From Schizochytrium sp. TIO01 (lineage: Eukaryota > Protista > Bigyra: Labyrinthulomycetes), in NCBI GenBank assembly GCA_004764695.1, contig SMSO01000033.1, positions 2,232,001 through 2,296,000 of the forward strand: 64,000 nt of DNA. Reading direction: 5' to 3'. How positions within the stretch are numbered: the stretch's first letter is position 1; the number at the start of each line of letters is the position of its first letter. The position numbers were made by a program, and so were the translations under genes. Positions 1 to 12,600 of this stretch are shown here, piece after piece. Below the pieces are notes generated by a model. The model did not search any database, was not told the origin of the DNA, and saw only the letters and a program-made list of their open reading frames with translations.

Positions 1-3000
1 CCACATCATCACCTTTCAATCAATCAACGGATTACTCAAATGCCCAAATGCGCTTCGAATGCTCTGGCGGTTTAGCCATTTCTTTCATGATCACCTGCAG
101 AGAGAGCAAGAGAGAGAGAGAGGGGGAGAACAGAGCCCAGCCAGAACATGGGAACGGCGTGATGCCTCAGTGAGTTAGTTAGGGCGATCAAAGCCATGTC
201 TTCCTCATGGGTTCCCGGAACGGTCCGAAGTATGGGTATGATATCATGATTTCCATGTTCAAGGATCTTTTCAGATCTCTAGCGCGGCCTCAGAGGTGCC
301 GCCCGAAAGCGCAAAGAGATCGATCAGGTTGGGCACAGGTCAGCGGGCAACCTCCTCTTCTTCTCGCCAGAGACGAAGCTACGGCTTGACTTGAGCAAGA
401 ATCAGCAGGATGTAGCAGATGATGTAGCTCAAAGTACATACAAGGGTTCTATTTCCACCCGCCCACCTGTGAGCGATGGTGTGCGCAGAGGACAGCGAGG
501 CGCGCTTCGTGCAGTATGCCCCCCAAGAAGGGGTCATTTCAGCCGGGAGGGGGGTAGCCAGGGTGCCACGCGCCCAAGGGTCCAACTGTGGGCTCAATCA
601 CGCGCTGCCTCTACCCAGTCTGATGAGTAACAAGCATCCTCGTGTTTGTTTGTCAATAGAAGTACTTGCAGAATTAAGCAAAGCTCGAAGTATTGACGTC
701 CTTGGGCCTGGAGAAGAAGTCCTTGAGGAGCGGGCTTTGGCCCTCCTTCGGCGCGCGGAAGCGGTCCGCCGAGCGTCTCCGAGAGAACTGGCAGTATCCA
801 CGCACCAAGTTTGACGAAAACGCTTGCTTGCGAACGAGGCTTGACTAAGCTTGGCTGCCTGCGAAGGAAAGAAGCCTCAAGACGGGCGTGTCGTTGGCAC
901 TGCGGACTTTGGACTCGCTTCGAGGCGCTGATTGTTATATTGATGGGTTGATGTATTGATGTATTGATGTATCGATCAAGGCTGCGCTGCTTTCAACATA
1001 AACAAACGAAATGCTTTGCTTGCCAAGAAGCCGTTAGAGCTGGCGCCACTCCAGGCCTGAGAGCCTTTGCATGGAAGAATGGCCTCTTCGAAGGAGAGGA
1101 AGGAGGTCACAGCGCAAGCGATACACACACGTACACGCGCATTGAACAAGCTTGTAATTAAGTTGATTTGCACACACCTTCTGCGAACTGGAAAACGACA
1201 CGCACGCTGAGAAAAGCTCGACGGTCTTTCTTTGAAGGCTCTGCCGCAGCAGCTTTAGAGAAAAGATGCGAAGGCGATGTTGAAGGTATGCATATATATA
1301 TATATCTTGAACGTTCGAACTCGAGATGTTAGTTCATCTTTCGATTAGTTTCTCTTCTTCGATCATGATCGCACTCCCTCCATTCGACATTCGCCCTTCG
1401 AACCGGTCGTTGGATTCATTGGTTCCTTTCCTTCAGAGTTCTGATCTTCTTCTGCCTTTGCTCCTTTTGTTCCCGCCTGAGAGAAAAGGGTCACTTCAAG
1501 CAGAGCTGTAGAGTTAGTTGGAAGTACACTCTGCACACAAAGAGGGAGAAAGAAGCGTAATAACGCGGCAACAAACAGACGAAGCAAGAAACCAACGCTT
1601 TCTTTTCTCGTTGTCAGCAGACGGAGGAGCCATAATTGCGTGCAGACAGACAGATAGATGACAACAGAGCGCAGCGCGTCCAAGGGCCTTTCAGACTTCC
1701 TGAAGCGGGTTTCCAGCGCCTTGGAGCAGGAAAGATTGACATTCGGACGCCGCTCGCCGTGTACCCTATAGCGAAAGCGGAAATGCGCCGCCATTATTCC
1801 ATTTCATTTCATTTCATCAGATTTCATTTCATCTCATTTCAAGTCTTGTCATGTCATGTCATGTCATGGAGGAGGCGGCGTCACGCGCAAGCGCCGCTCA
1901 GGAAAGGATGAAAGAAAGAAAGAACGCCGCCAACGGTGCGCCCCACAGTGGCCCACAGCGCTGCCCGCTTTAGACAGCAGACGCTTATATAGAAAGCGCG
2001 CTGTGAGTAGGCGGGCGGTAGGGATGCATTAGTAGTTATTCAGAAGTTCTTCTAGTAGTACCCACTCCTTCTTCTGTCTCTCTTCCTCTCTGTCCCTTCT
2101 GTCTTTTTCTGCGCGTTTTGATCCATCCTTTCGGACGAAGAGCGCTGTAAATCTTCATCGAAAAGTCTCTGAAGAAAAAGGAGAAGAAGGTTTAGCGGTA
2201 TCCTGAGTTTCTGAGCTCTCCAACCGATTCTCACGCAGCCACGACAAAGTAGATCAACCTTCTCCAACCTTAAGTGAAGCGCTGCGGCTGCCTGGCTGAG
2301 GACTATGGCCATGTGTCCTTACGAAACCCCTTCGCCATCGAACGAAGAAAGTGTAAGTTTAATTAATTAATTAATTTGTTTAAGTAAAAAAGATAGAATA
2401 AAGTGAAAAGAATAAACACAAGCAAGCAAGTTAATTCTGATTTCCATAACTTGAATTTAAAGAAAAAATAATAACACTTGTGACTGCAGAATATAGAGCG
2501 ATAGTTTCTGTCTACAGAAAGCGAGAATCCTGAAACTCACGCAGCAGTTCAAAGGTACCTGCTTCGAAGCGCAGCACGCATATGCATATGCATATGCATA
2601 TGCATACCAAGCAAGCAAGCAAGCATGCATGACTCCAAACAGCTCGGCCGTCACGAGAACAGACTAACCGTCTGAAACAAAGATAAAGCTTTGAGGGTGC
2701 GCAAGAAAGAAAAAAGAAAGAAAGAAACAATAGAAAGAAACAATAGAAAGAGAGGTTCGTTCCGTCAAGCCGTCCGTGGCGACTCGCTGAGACTCGCAGC
2801 TTCGACGGACTGGGAAATATGGCGCCTCGAAAGCGCTTTAGAAAAGAGCGATGCGTGAAAGGAGTGAGGGTGGATTTGCTTGTTGATTGATCGGTTCATT
2901 CATGATTGGTTTCCTAACTTCTTTACTCGCCGCATAAACCTCTTCAGAAAAGGACGAGGAAGGGTCTTTCTGGGATGCTTGAGACGCAGAGAGAAAGATA

Positions 3001-5240
3001 GACAGATAGATAGATAGACAGATAGATAGATAGATAGATGCAGTACACACCTGCCTGGCCGCTTATTCCTTACGGAGAAGCCGCGTCCTGAGCGTTTTCA
3101 AAACGGTGCAGGGCACGTTTCAAAACTGACGGCGGCAAGGACCTCCTGCTCGAGGCTGTGCTCCTGAGACCCACCCACGTGTGTTTGGCGAGTGGAAAGC
3201 TGTGTCAATGTACCCGTCCTCAAGGCTGCTGCTCACGAGAACTCCAAGGCGCCGAGGAGGATCTCAGACACACTCACGCACATACACGCACGGATCAGTG
3301 CGATGTGCGTGTACATTTATTTATTTCGGAGGGTCCTTCATTTCGTGGAGCCCGAACTACGCGAACTTGATGTGCTCTTTCCCTGTGCTGATCGTTATTC
3401 CACGGAGTGAGAGAGAATCGGCACCAGAATGCTCTCGTCTGCGCGAGGTCCTTCTGGTGATACTGATTGATTGATTGATTGATTGATTCATTCATTCATT
3501 CATTCATACAGCTTGCTTGCTTGGAAGGCTTGCTTTGAACGAAGATGCTGCGGATCAACGAATAATGGAATAGATGAAGACATCCTTTGGACGAAGAAGG
3601 TGCGTACTTCGTTGGTTTGGCACAAGATGCAATGAAGGCAGTGCGTAGATTCCTGAGATGAGTTAGGCTTCTTCTTTCTTCCTCATGGCTGCCTCGCCTC
3701 GGCTCAAAAAAGAGAGAGCTCCAGCCTTTTTGGGCCCCTGGGTTCTAGTTTACTCGCCTGCTAGGCTCTAGCTATAGCATTCTGTAAGCGACAAGATATT
3801 CAAGAAGTTCAAGTTGTTATTGCTATTGTTGTTGTTGTTGTTGTTGTTGTTGTAGTTTTTACGAAAGTACATTATTCTATTTAAAGAAGTTAATTGTGGT
3901 TATTTTTAGTCGGGAAAGAAGAACGCCGTATCAACCAAAGTAGACATAGTAAAATCAGGCGAATGAAGAATGAACGCACATACAAAACTGAGGAGTCAAG
4001 GAGAAGGAATGTGCTGTGTTGCAACGAACGAAATGAACTGGGGAAGGCAGCAAGCAGGTGGAAGGCAGCTGCGGCGACGGCTTCACTCACTCAAGCACTC
4101 ACGCCAGCCAGCCACAAACAAACAAGGCACACAAGCACTGCCTAACGATTACAGCCAGAGGGCTGGGAATCTTTTGGCTTCTTTCTTCTCCTCCTCGGTT
4201 TTGTCTTCTTCTGCCTTGATGCACTGATATTCTTTGTTTCAACGAAGTCTTCGCCAAAAAGAAAGAAGAAGAAGGAGAGAAAGAAAGAAAGAAAGAAAGA
4301 CAGACTTCTGAGAAACACAGACCCTTTCAGACTTGAACAGGCAAAAGAACTCATCTTCACCCATGTTCTAACATGCAATCTCCATAAACAAACAAACAAA
4401 CAAACAAACAACCATCAAGTTAAAAGAAAAGAAAAGAAAAGAAGGGAAAAGAAAAGCAAGCCGCTAAAAGAAGGAGGGCGGACACGTGACGGATGTTCGT
4501 TCCCATAGAACGATACTTTGCATGGCGGCAGAATTCAGGCAGTTAGGAACCGCAGAGCGAGCCCGTGCATGCCTCATGCTCAAGGCCCATGATCGATGGC
4601 CATGGCTCTCTCTCTCTCTCTCTCTCTCTCAGTCTCTCTCTGCCGTGTACCTCTGACTTCTCTCTGCCTCTGCAGCCGCACTAGCCCCGGCTGCTTGGAG
4701 GATGGCCTTCGCTGGCTTGATTCCTCTCTTCTTCTCCTTCTTGTTAAGAAGAGAAGAGAAGAGAAGAAAAGAGGCCCTGCTTCGTTCCTTGTTTTCTTTC
4801 TTTCTGTCATGTTCTGGCGAAACGCGCTCTTCTTCTTCGCAGAATTATTTATTAAATTACTCAGGAAAGGTGAAAATCCGCCTGATTCTTTCTTTTTAAA
4901 AGAACTTGAAACAAAGAGAAAGGAGAGAAATAAAAGGGCAAAGGCACCGTTCGTTTGGGGCAAATGGGTGGGCGCCCAGCATTCGATTCGCAATGGCCAG
5001 CAGGACGGAAAGCAACGAGCAGAGCTGACGAAAAGGGGCGCGGCAGCAAAGACTCGGGTGGCGGCGAGGCCAGAGGCGGGTGTTGCGCCTGAGGTGCACA
5101 AGAAGGCCCGGCTTTTGCAGGATTTTTTTGAGGAGCTCCTTGACGAAGTCAACCGCTCAGATAGAAAATCGATGGAAAGATATTAAATTCTTACTAAGAA
5201 ATCCACAAATGAAAAGGATTGAATGGAGTAATCGAAAAGC

Positions 5241-5706
5241 TGTTTATTTATTTATTTATTTGTTTGTTTATTTGTTTGTTTGTTTGTTTGTTTGTTTGTT
5301 TGTTTGTTTGTTTGTTTGTTTGTTTGTTTGTTTGTTTGTTTGTTTGTTTGTTTGTTTGTTTGTTTGTTTGTTTGTTTGTTTGTTTGTTTGTTTGTTTGTT
5401 TGTTTGTTTGTTTGTTTGTTTGTTTGTTTGTTTGTTTGTTTGTTTGTTTGTTTGTTTGTTTGTTTGTTTGTTTGTTTGTTTGTTTGTTTGTTTGTTTGTT
5501 TGTTTGTTTGTTTGTTTGTTTGTTTGTTTGTTTGTTTGTTTGTTTGTTTGTTTGTTTGTTTGTTTGTTTGTTTGTTTGTTTGTTTGTTTGTTTGTTTGTT
5601 TGTTTGTTTGTTTGTTTGTTTGTTTGTTTGTTTGTTTGTTTGTTTGTTTGTTTGTTTGTTTGTTTGTTTGTTTATTTATTTGGTTGGTTGGTTGTTTATT
5701 TGTTTG
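5241..5706. repeat. Long (TTTG)n/(CAAA)n microsatellite; perfect core 5271-5670 = 100 units, with degenerate TTTA/TTGG flanks
   Basis: Directly visible tandem repeat. It generates the spurious (CLFV)n ORFs in all three + frames. Confidence 0.98.
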
Positions 5707-5940
5707 TAATCAATTGTTTGTTCTGAGAAGGCTTCGCCGCCGTCGCAAAAAGAAGCAAGCACGCATCCTCGAAGAAGCTGCGGAAATGATGGATGAAATG
5801 GGAGTCGTCGCTCGAGGCAGCTCAAGGTAGCAGGTCAATTCAGGCTGGAAGCCGCTGGCTCGCCACAGCACGAAGAGAGGAACCCGAAGCGAACGAAGCA
5901 TTCCCGACGACTATAACTTTTGATTGATCGATCGATCGAT

Positions 5941-5975
<35 letters not shown>

Positions 5976-8900
5976 GGTTCTTTCAGAAATCCTTTGCGGG
6001 CTTCTTCTCTTCCTCCGGCCGCCCATTTTATCAGTTTGGTATGCGTGAATTTTGTTCAAGTTAAAAATTAACAATTGGATGAAAAATCATTACATGCATC
6101 GGTGAGGGAGATAGAAAGATAGCGAGTGGGGTTAGTTAGTGGAAGGGCCATAGACATTGAAATCTGAAACTATGTATGTATGAACGAATAAATGAATGAC
6201 TGCCTCATTTATTTATTCATAACCTTGTTCATCGATTCTTTCATCCATACTGACTCGATAAAAGCAGCAGCAGCAGCTGTTTCATAAGGACGTCGCGAAA
6301 AAGAAAAGCATCGAAAACCTTCTTTTGTGAGCAGGAAATGAGCGAGATGCAAACAAGATGGGGAGCAGAGGCGCGTGACGGACATCCTCTTTAGCAGGAA
6401 AAAGAAAATGACGGCGTGAACCAAAAAAATCAAATGTTTTTTAATGATCTAAAAAACGACAAATGAAAATGCACGAACGAAGAGGCGCCTGTGCGATAAC
6501 AAAGTATTTATTTCCTTACTGTTAAACTTTAAAACAAATATTTATTAAAATAACTACTTATTTTAAAACATGAGAAATTCTTTATTGTGCGACATGGCAG
6601 GAAGAAAGAAAAGATGACGAAACAAGTCAAACAAACAAACAAGAGTTGAAAATGAATGAGTAAACAAATGTTGCAGTGGGGTTCTCGAGGAATGCTGAAG
6701 ACAGAGCGCAATAAGACCAGGCCGTCTCGCTCGGGCCCTTGCAAAGGCAGGCACGCGGCTGAGACGCTCACTCACGGAACCCGAAGAGGACGACGCTCTG
6801 GGGCGGCACGCACTCTTCTGCGCCTGGCCCACAAGAAGACAGCAATCAATCAATCAAGCATGCATGCATGCATGCATGTTTTATCTTCATTTTTCGCCTT
6901 TCTTTTTCTTCTTCATGGAGAAGCATGCATATGGAAAGTTTTTTTCTTTTTCTTGTTTTTTGTGGTAGCCGTGAGTAAATAAATGAAGTGAAGAAAGCAA
7001 AACCCATTGCTTGAAGAAAGAAAACGTGATTTTGCCTCCCTTTTCTTTCCTTGATCGGCGACACGAACTTCGATAGGCACTGATACTTTGATGTAGTACA
7101 ACAACAAAAAAGGTACAACGTCGAGCTCGAAGAGGAAACCATCAAACCAAACAAAAGGTTCTTTGATTAGTCAAGTGAAAATTGATTGAAAAACGGGTCC
7201 TTGGGTCAGGTGGTTTTCTGTGATATACTTGAGCCGGGAGTACATCAGTGAATGAAAAAAACAAGGCGCCATCATTAAATTTTTCTCCGCTTCAAAAATA
7301 AAGAAAGAGAAAGAAAGAAAGAAAGAAAAGAGGAATTAAAGGGAGCGATCGCTGTTTTGGCGGAGCTTCCTTACTCTCCATTTCTTCTTCTTTTCTTCCC
7401 TCCGTCCATAGGCAAGATGATGGCGCCTCAAAGCCGCCTCTAGATTCCCTGAGTCAGCCTAAGCGCCGCGTCCCCAGCGTCGGGACCGGCCGATGGGCGG
7501 GCTGCCAGCTGCTCAAAGAAGAAGAAGCAGAATGAGCAGAAGAAGGCACAAGAGAAAGAGAGAGAAAAGAGAGAGAGGGAGAGTCCAGAGGTCTGTAATC
7601 TTCTCGCAGAGTTATCTTTCGCGCCGCGCTCTCGTGCCTTCTTGCGCTCAGAGGGAAAACTGTTTTGTAATGTGATAACCTTTTATCGTCCTTGGTTCTA
7701 TGAAATATTTTTTTGAATTGGTTTTTTAAATGTATTGAAAAGAAGAAGAAGAAGAAAAAGAAGGAGAGTAGACGCGTTCTCCTAATTCAAATTTAAAATT
7801 ATCTTTCTCGACTATTGAATTGAAAAGTGGAACCATAGACGGGGAAGAGGAGAAGAGGCGGGTGAAAGAAGGAATAAAAGAAAATGTCACCGTTGCGAGG
7901 CGGCAGGTCCTTGACTGAGGAGTCAGCTAGCTTCTTTTGTCTTTTCTTTTCTCTTTCCCTGCCTTGCCTTGCCTTCCCTTTTAATTTATATTCTCTTTCT
8001 TTGCACATCTCACAGAGCGATTGAAGATAATATGGCAAAAAAGTGGTCAAATGAAAAGTCTAAAGTTGGTCTCTTTCGAGGTACCTGCTCTTGGGTTGAG
8101 GGCGTTGCTGAGGCAGATAGTGGATGGCCTGAGGGGATGGATGGATGGATGGATGGATGGATGGTTCCATGAGGCGCCGCAAGACACTAAAACTTGAAGA
8201 GAATGAGCACTGGTTTCCGATGGAGAAGCGGAAAAGCGAGGATAGAAATCTCAACATTGAAGATGAAGGGAACTTGAAGAGATAACTCTTTAGTTTCGTT
8301 TAAAAAGTAAACTTTTTTTTCTTTTTTTCCCTTTTTTTTTTTTTTTTTCTTGGCTGATGGATTTTCATTCATTCATCCCGTTCAGCTTAGCGAGTCAGCG
8401 AGAGAATAATTTGGTGACAGCCCTCTGTTCATGGCTGTTCATATGCATGCATGAGAGGGCAAATGGATAGAGAAACAGACCAGCAGTAACAAACAGACGC
8501 ACTAAGTATATTCATATTGGATGTCACGGGAAGTGGATAAAATCAATGAAATCGATCGTCCTGTGGAAAGGAGAAAAGAGAAAAAAACACTTTATCTATG
8601 CTGTTTTGAATGAAAAAAGAAGAGGAGAAGAGAAACAAAAAGAAAAAGGAGGCGTACGCCATCACATCCCGTTGAATGGTCTCTGCCCCGTTCTCACTTG
8701 CCTCGCACTGTTGACGTTCAGACGGGCTCATTGCACTGCTCTTCGTCGAAGCGTTTCGCAGAGCCGACTCACCTTCTTTGCGCATGACGATCGCTGCGTC
8801 TTTCTATCATGAACAGCCTCAGGAATAAAAATGCGACATGCTGACTTGATGGACAGGGGCTTGGAAACATTTTTTTCCCCTATTTTTTTTATTTAAATTT

Positions 8901-9665
8901 TAAATGGCGATATTGAGGATGAAGCTGTTTTCAAGCCTGTCTTTTCTTCTGATTTAGTTACTTTCAAATTAATAAAAGTGATAACAACAATTTTGATTGA
9001 GTAGTAATAAATAAGGAGAAGCAGAAGGATTGGATGGGATGAAAAATGAAAAACAAAGAAAAAGTGCTTTTCATTGAGCCTACAGGTGAGGCAAGTTCTT
9101 TGGCGAAGATAACTTTGGTTGCAGAATTCGCGAGGACTAAGCATCAGACATAGTGGAGGGTAGCGTGTGGCAGGGCGTGAGAGTCTCTTTTGGTTGATCT
9201 TCGCCAAAAAATGTTGTACTCTTTTCTTACTCCTAGTAAAATCATCAAGTTGCAAATGTTATAATATATTCAACTTTCAACATTGTTCTGTACTTTTATA
9301 AACCCGAAAAGCTAACAAACTTTATACTATATTATTTAATTTATGTTTAAAAAAAACTTAACTTAAAACTACTTTATTTCATAGTAATTAATCTTCTAAG
9401 TCTTTATTTAATAAGGAAAGCAAAGAATTAAAGGTACCTTGTAAAAGGAAAGAGATGAAAAAGAGGCGAGCGAGGAAAGCTCACGCGGCAGGATCAGCAA
9501 ACCCGAAACTCGATCTCAAACCAAAAACACAAGAACTCGCAAGAGTGCGCGGCACCTCGCGCTACTGAAGGCGACAGAGTTTAGGGACCGCAAGGTAAAC
9601 CAAACCCGAATCTCAATAAGTGGCAGCTTGGGCTTAACAAGAGCCCTGCTACTCCGTAGCCCGGA

Positions 9666-12600
9666 ATGGCTATGACCAACATGATCAAGATGTGGCGCAC
9701 CGCAGCTGTGATCGTCGCTCTTGTGGGCGCATCCTCGCAGATTGCATCCGGCCAGTCTAGCTGTGAAGCTGGCCTCTCGCAAACCCTTGTCCAGAACAAT
9801 GCTCGCTGTGACTACCAGGGCGTTCCCACGCTCCCGTCAACCCTCGACACCTGCTGTGGTCTCTCCAGCAGCAGCGATGTCACGGACTCAAGTGATGGCG
9901 TCTGCCGTGACATCCACACTGACAAGGCCTTCTGTGCTGACGATGACTGCAGTGACCTCGGTGAGGGCGATGAGCTCATCCTTTACCTCACCATGAACCA
10001 AACCACCTCTGATGAGACCTGCTGCCGTACCTGCAAGTGCATTGGTGACCCCGACTGCACTGCCTTCGACGGCTCCCACGCCTCCTGGGTCCTCTGTGAT
10101 GGCCGCAAGATCAAGAACTGCAAAATGGGCAAGAAGGTTTGCCTCAGCCAGGTCGATCACCTCGGCAACCAATGCCAGTGGCTCAAGGGCACCGACAGCT
10201 GGTCTAACTTTCTTGAGTCTGGCAGCCCCTGCCAGCCCAACTTCGAACTCTCCGGATACCCCACCATGCAGATGTACAAGCGTGGCGATTTCGAGCTTAA
10301 CCTTACCCTCGGTGAGCGCGGTATCATTCGCGAGATTGTCGTGACCAGCGGCGCTGGCGACCTCTACACCATGACTGCTGACGACTGCTTTGAGTACGAT
10401 CCTCGTACGCACACCACTGCCAACACCAAGAAGGCATGGACCACTTCTAAGAGCAACATCCCCAGCACCTGGTCCGTTTCCACCCCTAACGATGTTGAGA
10501 TCACTTGGCGCATTGCTGACAGCACTGCTGGCGTCGTGATTGATGCCACCTGCACCCATGCCACCAACGCTAGCTCCAACCGCTTTGACATCGACAGCCT
10601 CTACCTTGTTGGTGAGGAAACTGATGACGAGTCTGGATACTGCAGCACCGGTGTTATTGACCGTGGTCTTGCCAGCGTCAAGCTCAGCGGCGACGATGAC
10701 TACAAGTTCCAGCAGAAGTGCCTTGCCGTAAACCTCCCCGAGCTCCTTACCACCTGCAAGGCCGTCGTTGGACTTGAGTGCACCCCGCACAGTTTGAACA
10801 CCTACATCAAGTACTGGTGTGACAATGCTAGCCTCGATGACACTGACGTCGATGGCGACAGTGACCTTTGCTACACCAACCTCGCAACCAAGGGCTCTAC
10901 TGCCGATCGCGCCGAGCTTTGGGTCAAGTACCTCTGCCAGCTCAACCACGTTAACGATGTAGACAGCTGCATGTCCCTCGTTTCTCAGTTCGGCTGGGTT
11001 GAGTTCCTTAACAAGTACTCGAATGGTCTCTCTGACACCACCGCTACTGGAAGCTCGGCTACCACCACCTGCGTGTCTAACGTGTCTTCGTACTCTGTTC
11101 TTGAGGGAGACGATGCTACCTGCGCTCTTGGTATCTTTGTTGAGTATGAACTCACCACCGACAACTGGGTTCAGGCCTTCTTCATTCCCCAGAACCAGCC
11201 CCCTTGCAACGACGAGCTTGTCATCAACGGTGCTGAGCAGGCTAATCTCTTCCTGTACCCGATTCGCTTCCGTCAGTGCTCTCTCGCTGAGTCTTGCCTC
11301 CAGGACACTGGATGTGCGCCAACTGCTGGTTTTGATGTTCAATTGACCTTCAGTTCTACTGTCTGCCCGCTCCGTGGCGAGGGTGAGTGCTTTGACACAC
11401 AGTGCCAGCTCGACGAGACCACCTCCAGCAGCCCGCAAGAAATCTGTGGCACTGTCCCCACCTCCCCCCTCGATGTTGGTAGCTGCGAGTCTTGCTGCAC
11501 CACCGACGTTCTTCTCGGTAGCGACCTCGAGTCAGAGCGCTGCCGTACTCTTCTAACCCAGGTACCTTTCTGTGACACCGAGACCGAGAGCAGCCTCTGC
11601 AGTTCCCTTGCTACCTCTGCTGGTAACGGCACCCTCACCATTGAGGTCGAGCTCAACACCACTGACATGAACTGCTGCAAGAACTGTGCTGCTTGGGGTG
11701 ATCCTTTCATCTCTGCCTTCGACGGCACCAAGACCAAGTGGATCAACTGCGATGGCCGTAACGCCAACTGTGCTGTCAAGGAGGATGTCTGCATTACCCA
11801 GAAGGATCAGGCCGGTAACACTTGTGTCTACAACGCTGACATTGCTGCCCTCATTCAGACTGGATCCGACATCGGTGCTTACGGCTCTCCTTGCCAGTCC
11901 AACGTGACCCTCTCTGGTGACGCCACCCTTGAAATGTACAAGATTGACGGTCTCACTATCAGCATCACCAACGGCGAGCGCTCAGTGATTACCATGCTCA
12001 CTATTACCAACGCTGATGATACCTTCCACCTTGACTCTGCAAAGTGCTTCGACTCTGACCCTTACGATGCCTGGTCGGCTGATGATGGCACCGACATTGA
12101 GGGTGGCAGCAGTCTCACTACCAGCTTCGAGGACACTGACAGCAGCAACCAGAAGCGCTGGACTATTGTTGACGTTAACACTGGTGTCTTCCTCAAGGTT
12201 GTTTGCATTCGCATGACCTCCAAGAGCGGCTTCGTTGGCGGCTACCGCATGAACATTGAGAACCTCATTGATACCGAGCCTCAGCGTGAGGATGGTGAGG
12301 GCTTCTGTGTCTCTGGTGTCATTGATACCGGCCTTGCCACCATCAACGAAAACGGAAACACCTGCCAGGAAAACACCGAGAGCCTTCTGCTCTTCTGCCA
12401 GACCGTTGGCATTGGCACGTGCCAGTACAGCACCCTCGCCAAGGTCGTTGATGCATGGTGTGACGAGGCTGCTAACATCTACACCTCTTCCTCTGACTCT
12501 TCAAAGGCTTGCTACAAGTACATCAACCCGACCACCAGCCGCATCAGCAAGAACAAGGCAAGCATCCTTAACAACTGGCAGGAGCTTTACTGCACAGCCA

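Noticed and set aside
5080-5830. ORFs of 148-209 aa made of (CLFV)n
   Set aside because: They are translations of the stop-free (TTTG)n microsatellite in all three frames; there is no coding signal.
9888-11438. 516-aa antisense ORF (and the 442-aa ORF at 24994-26322)
   Set aside because: Shadow ORFs caused by the strong C-ending codon bias of the sense genes; no recognisable motifs.
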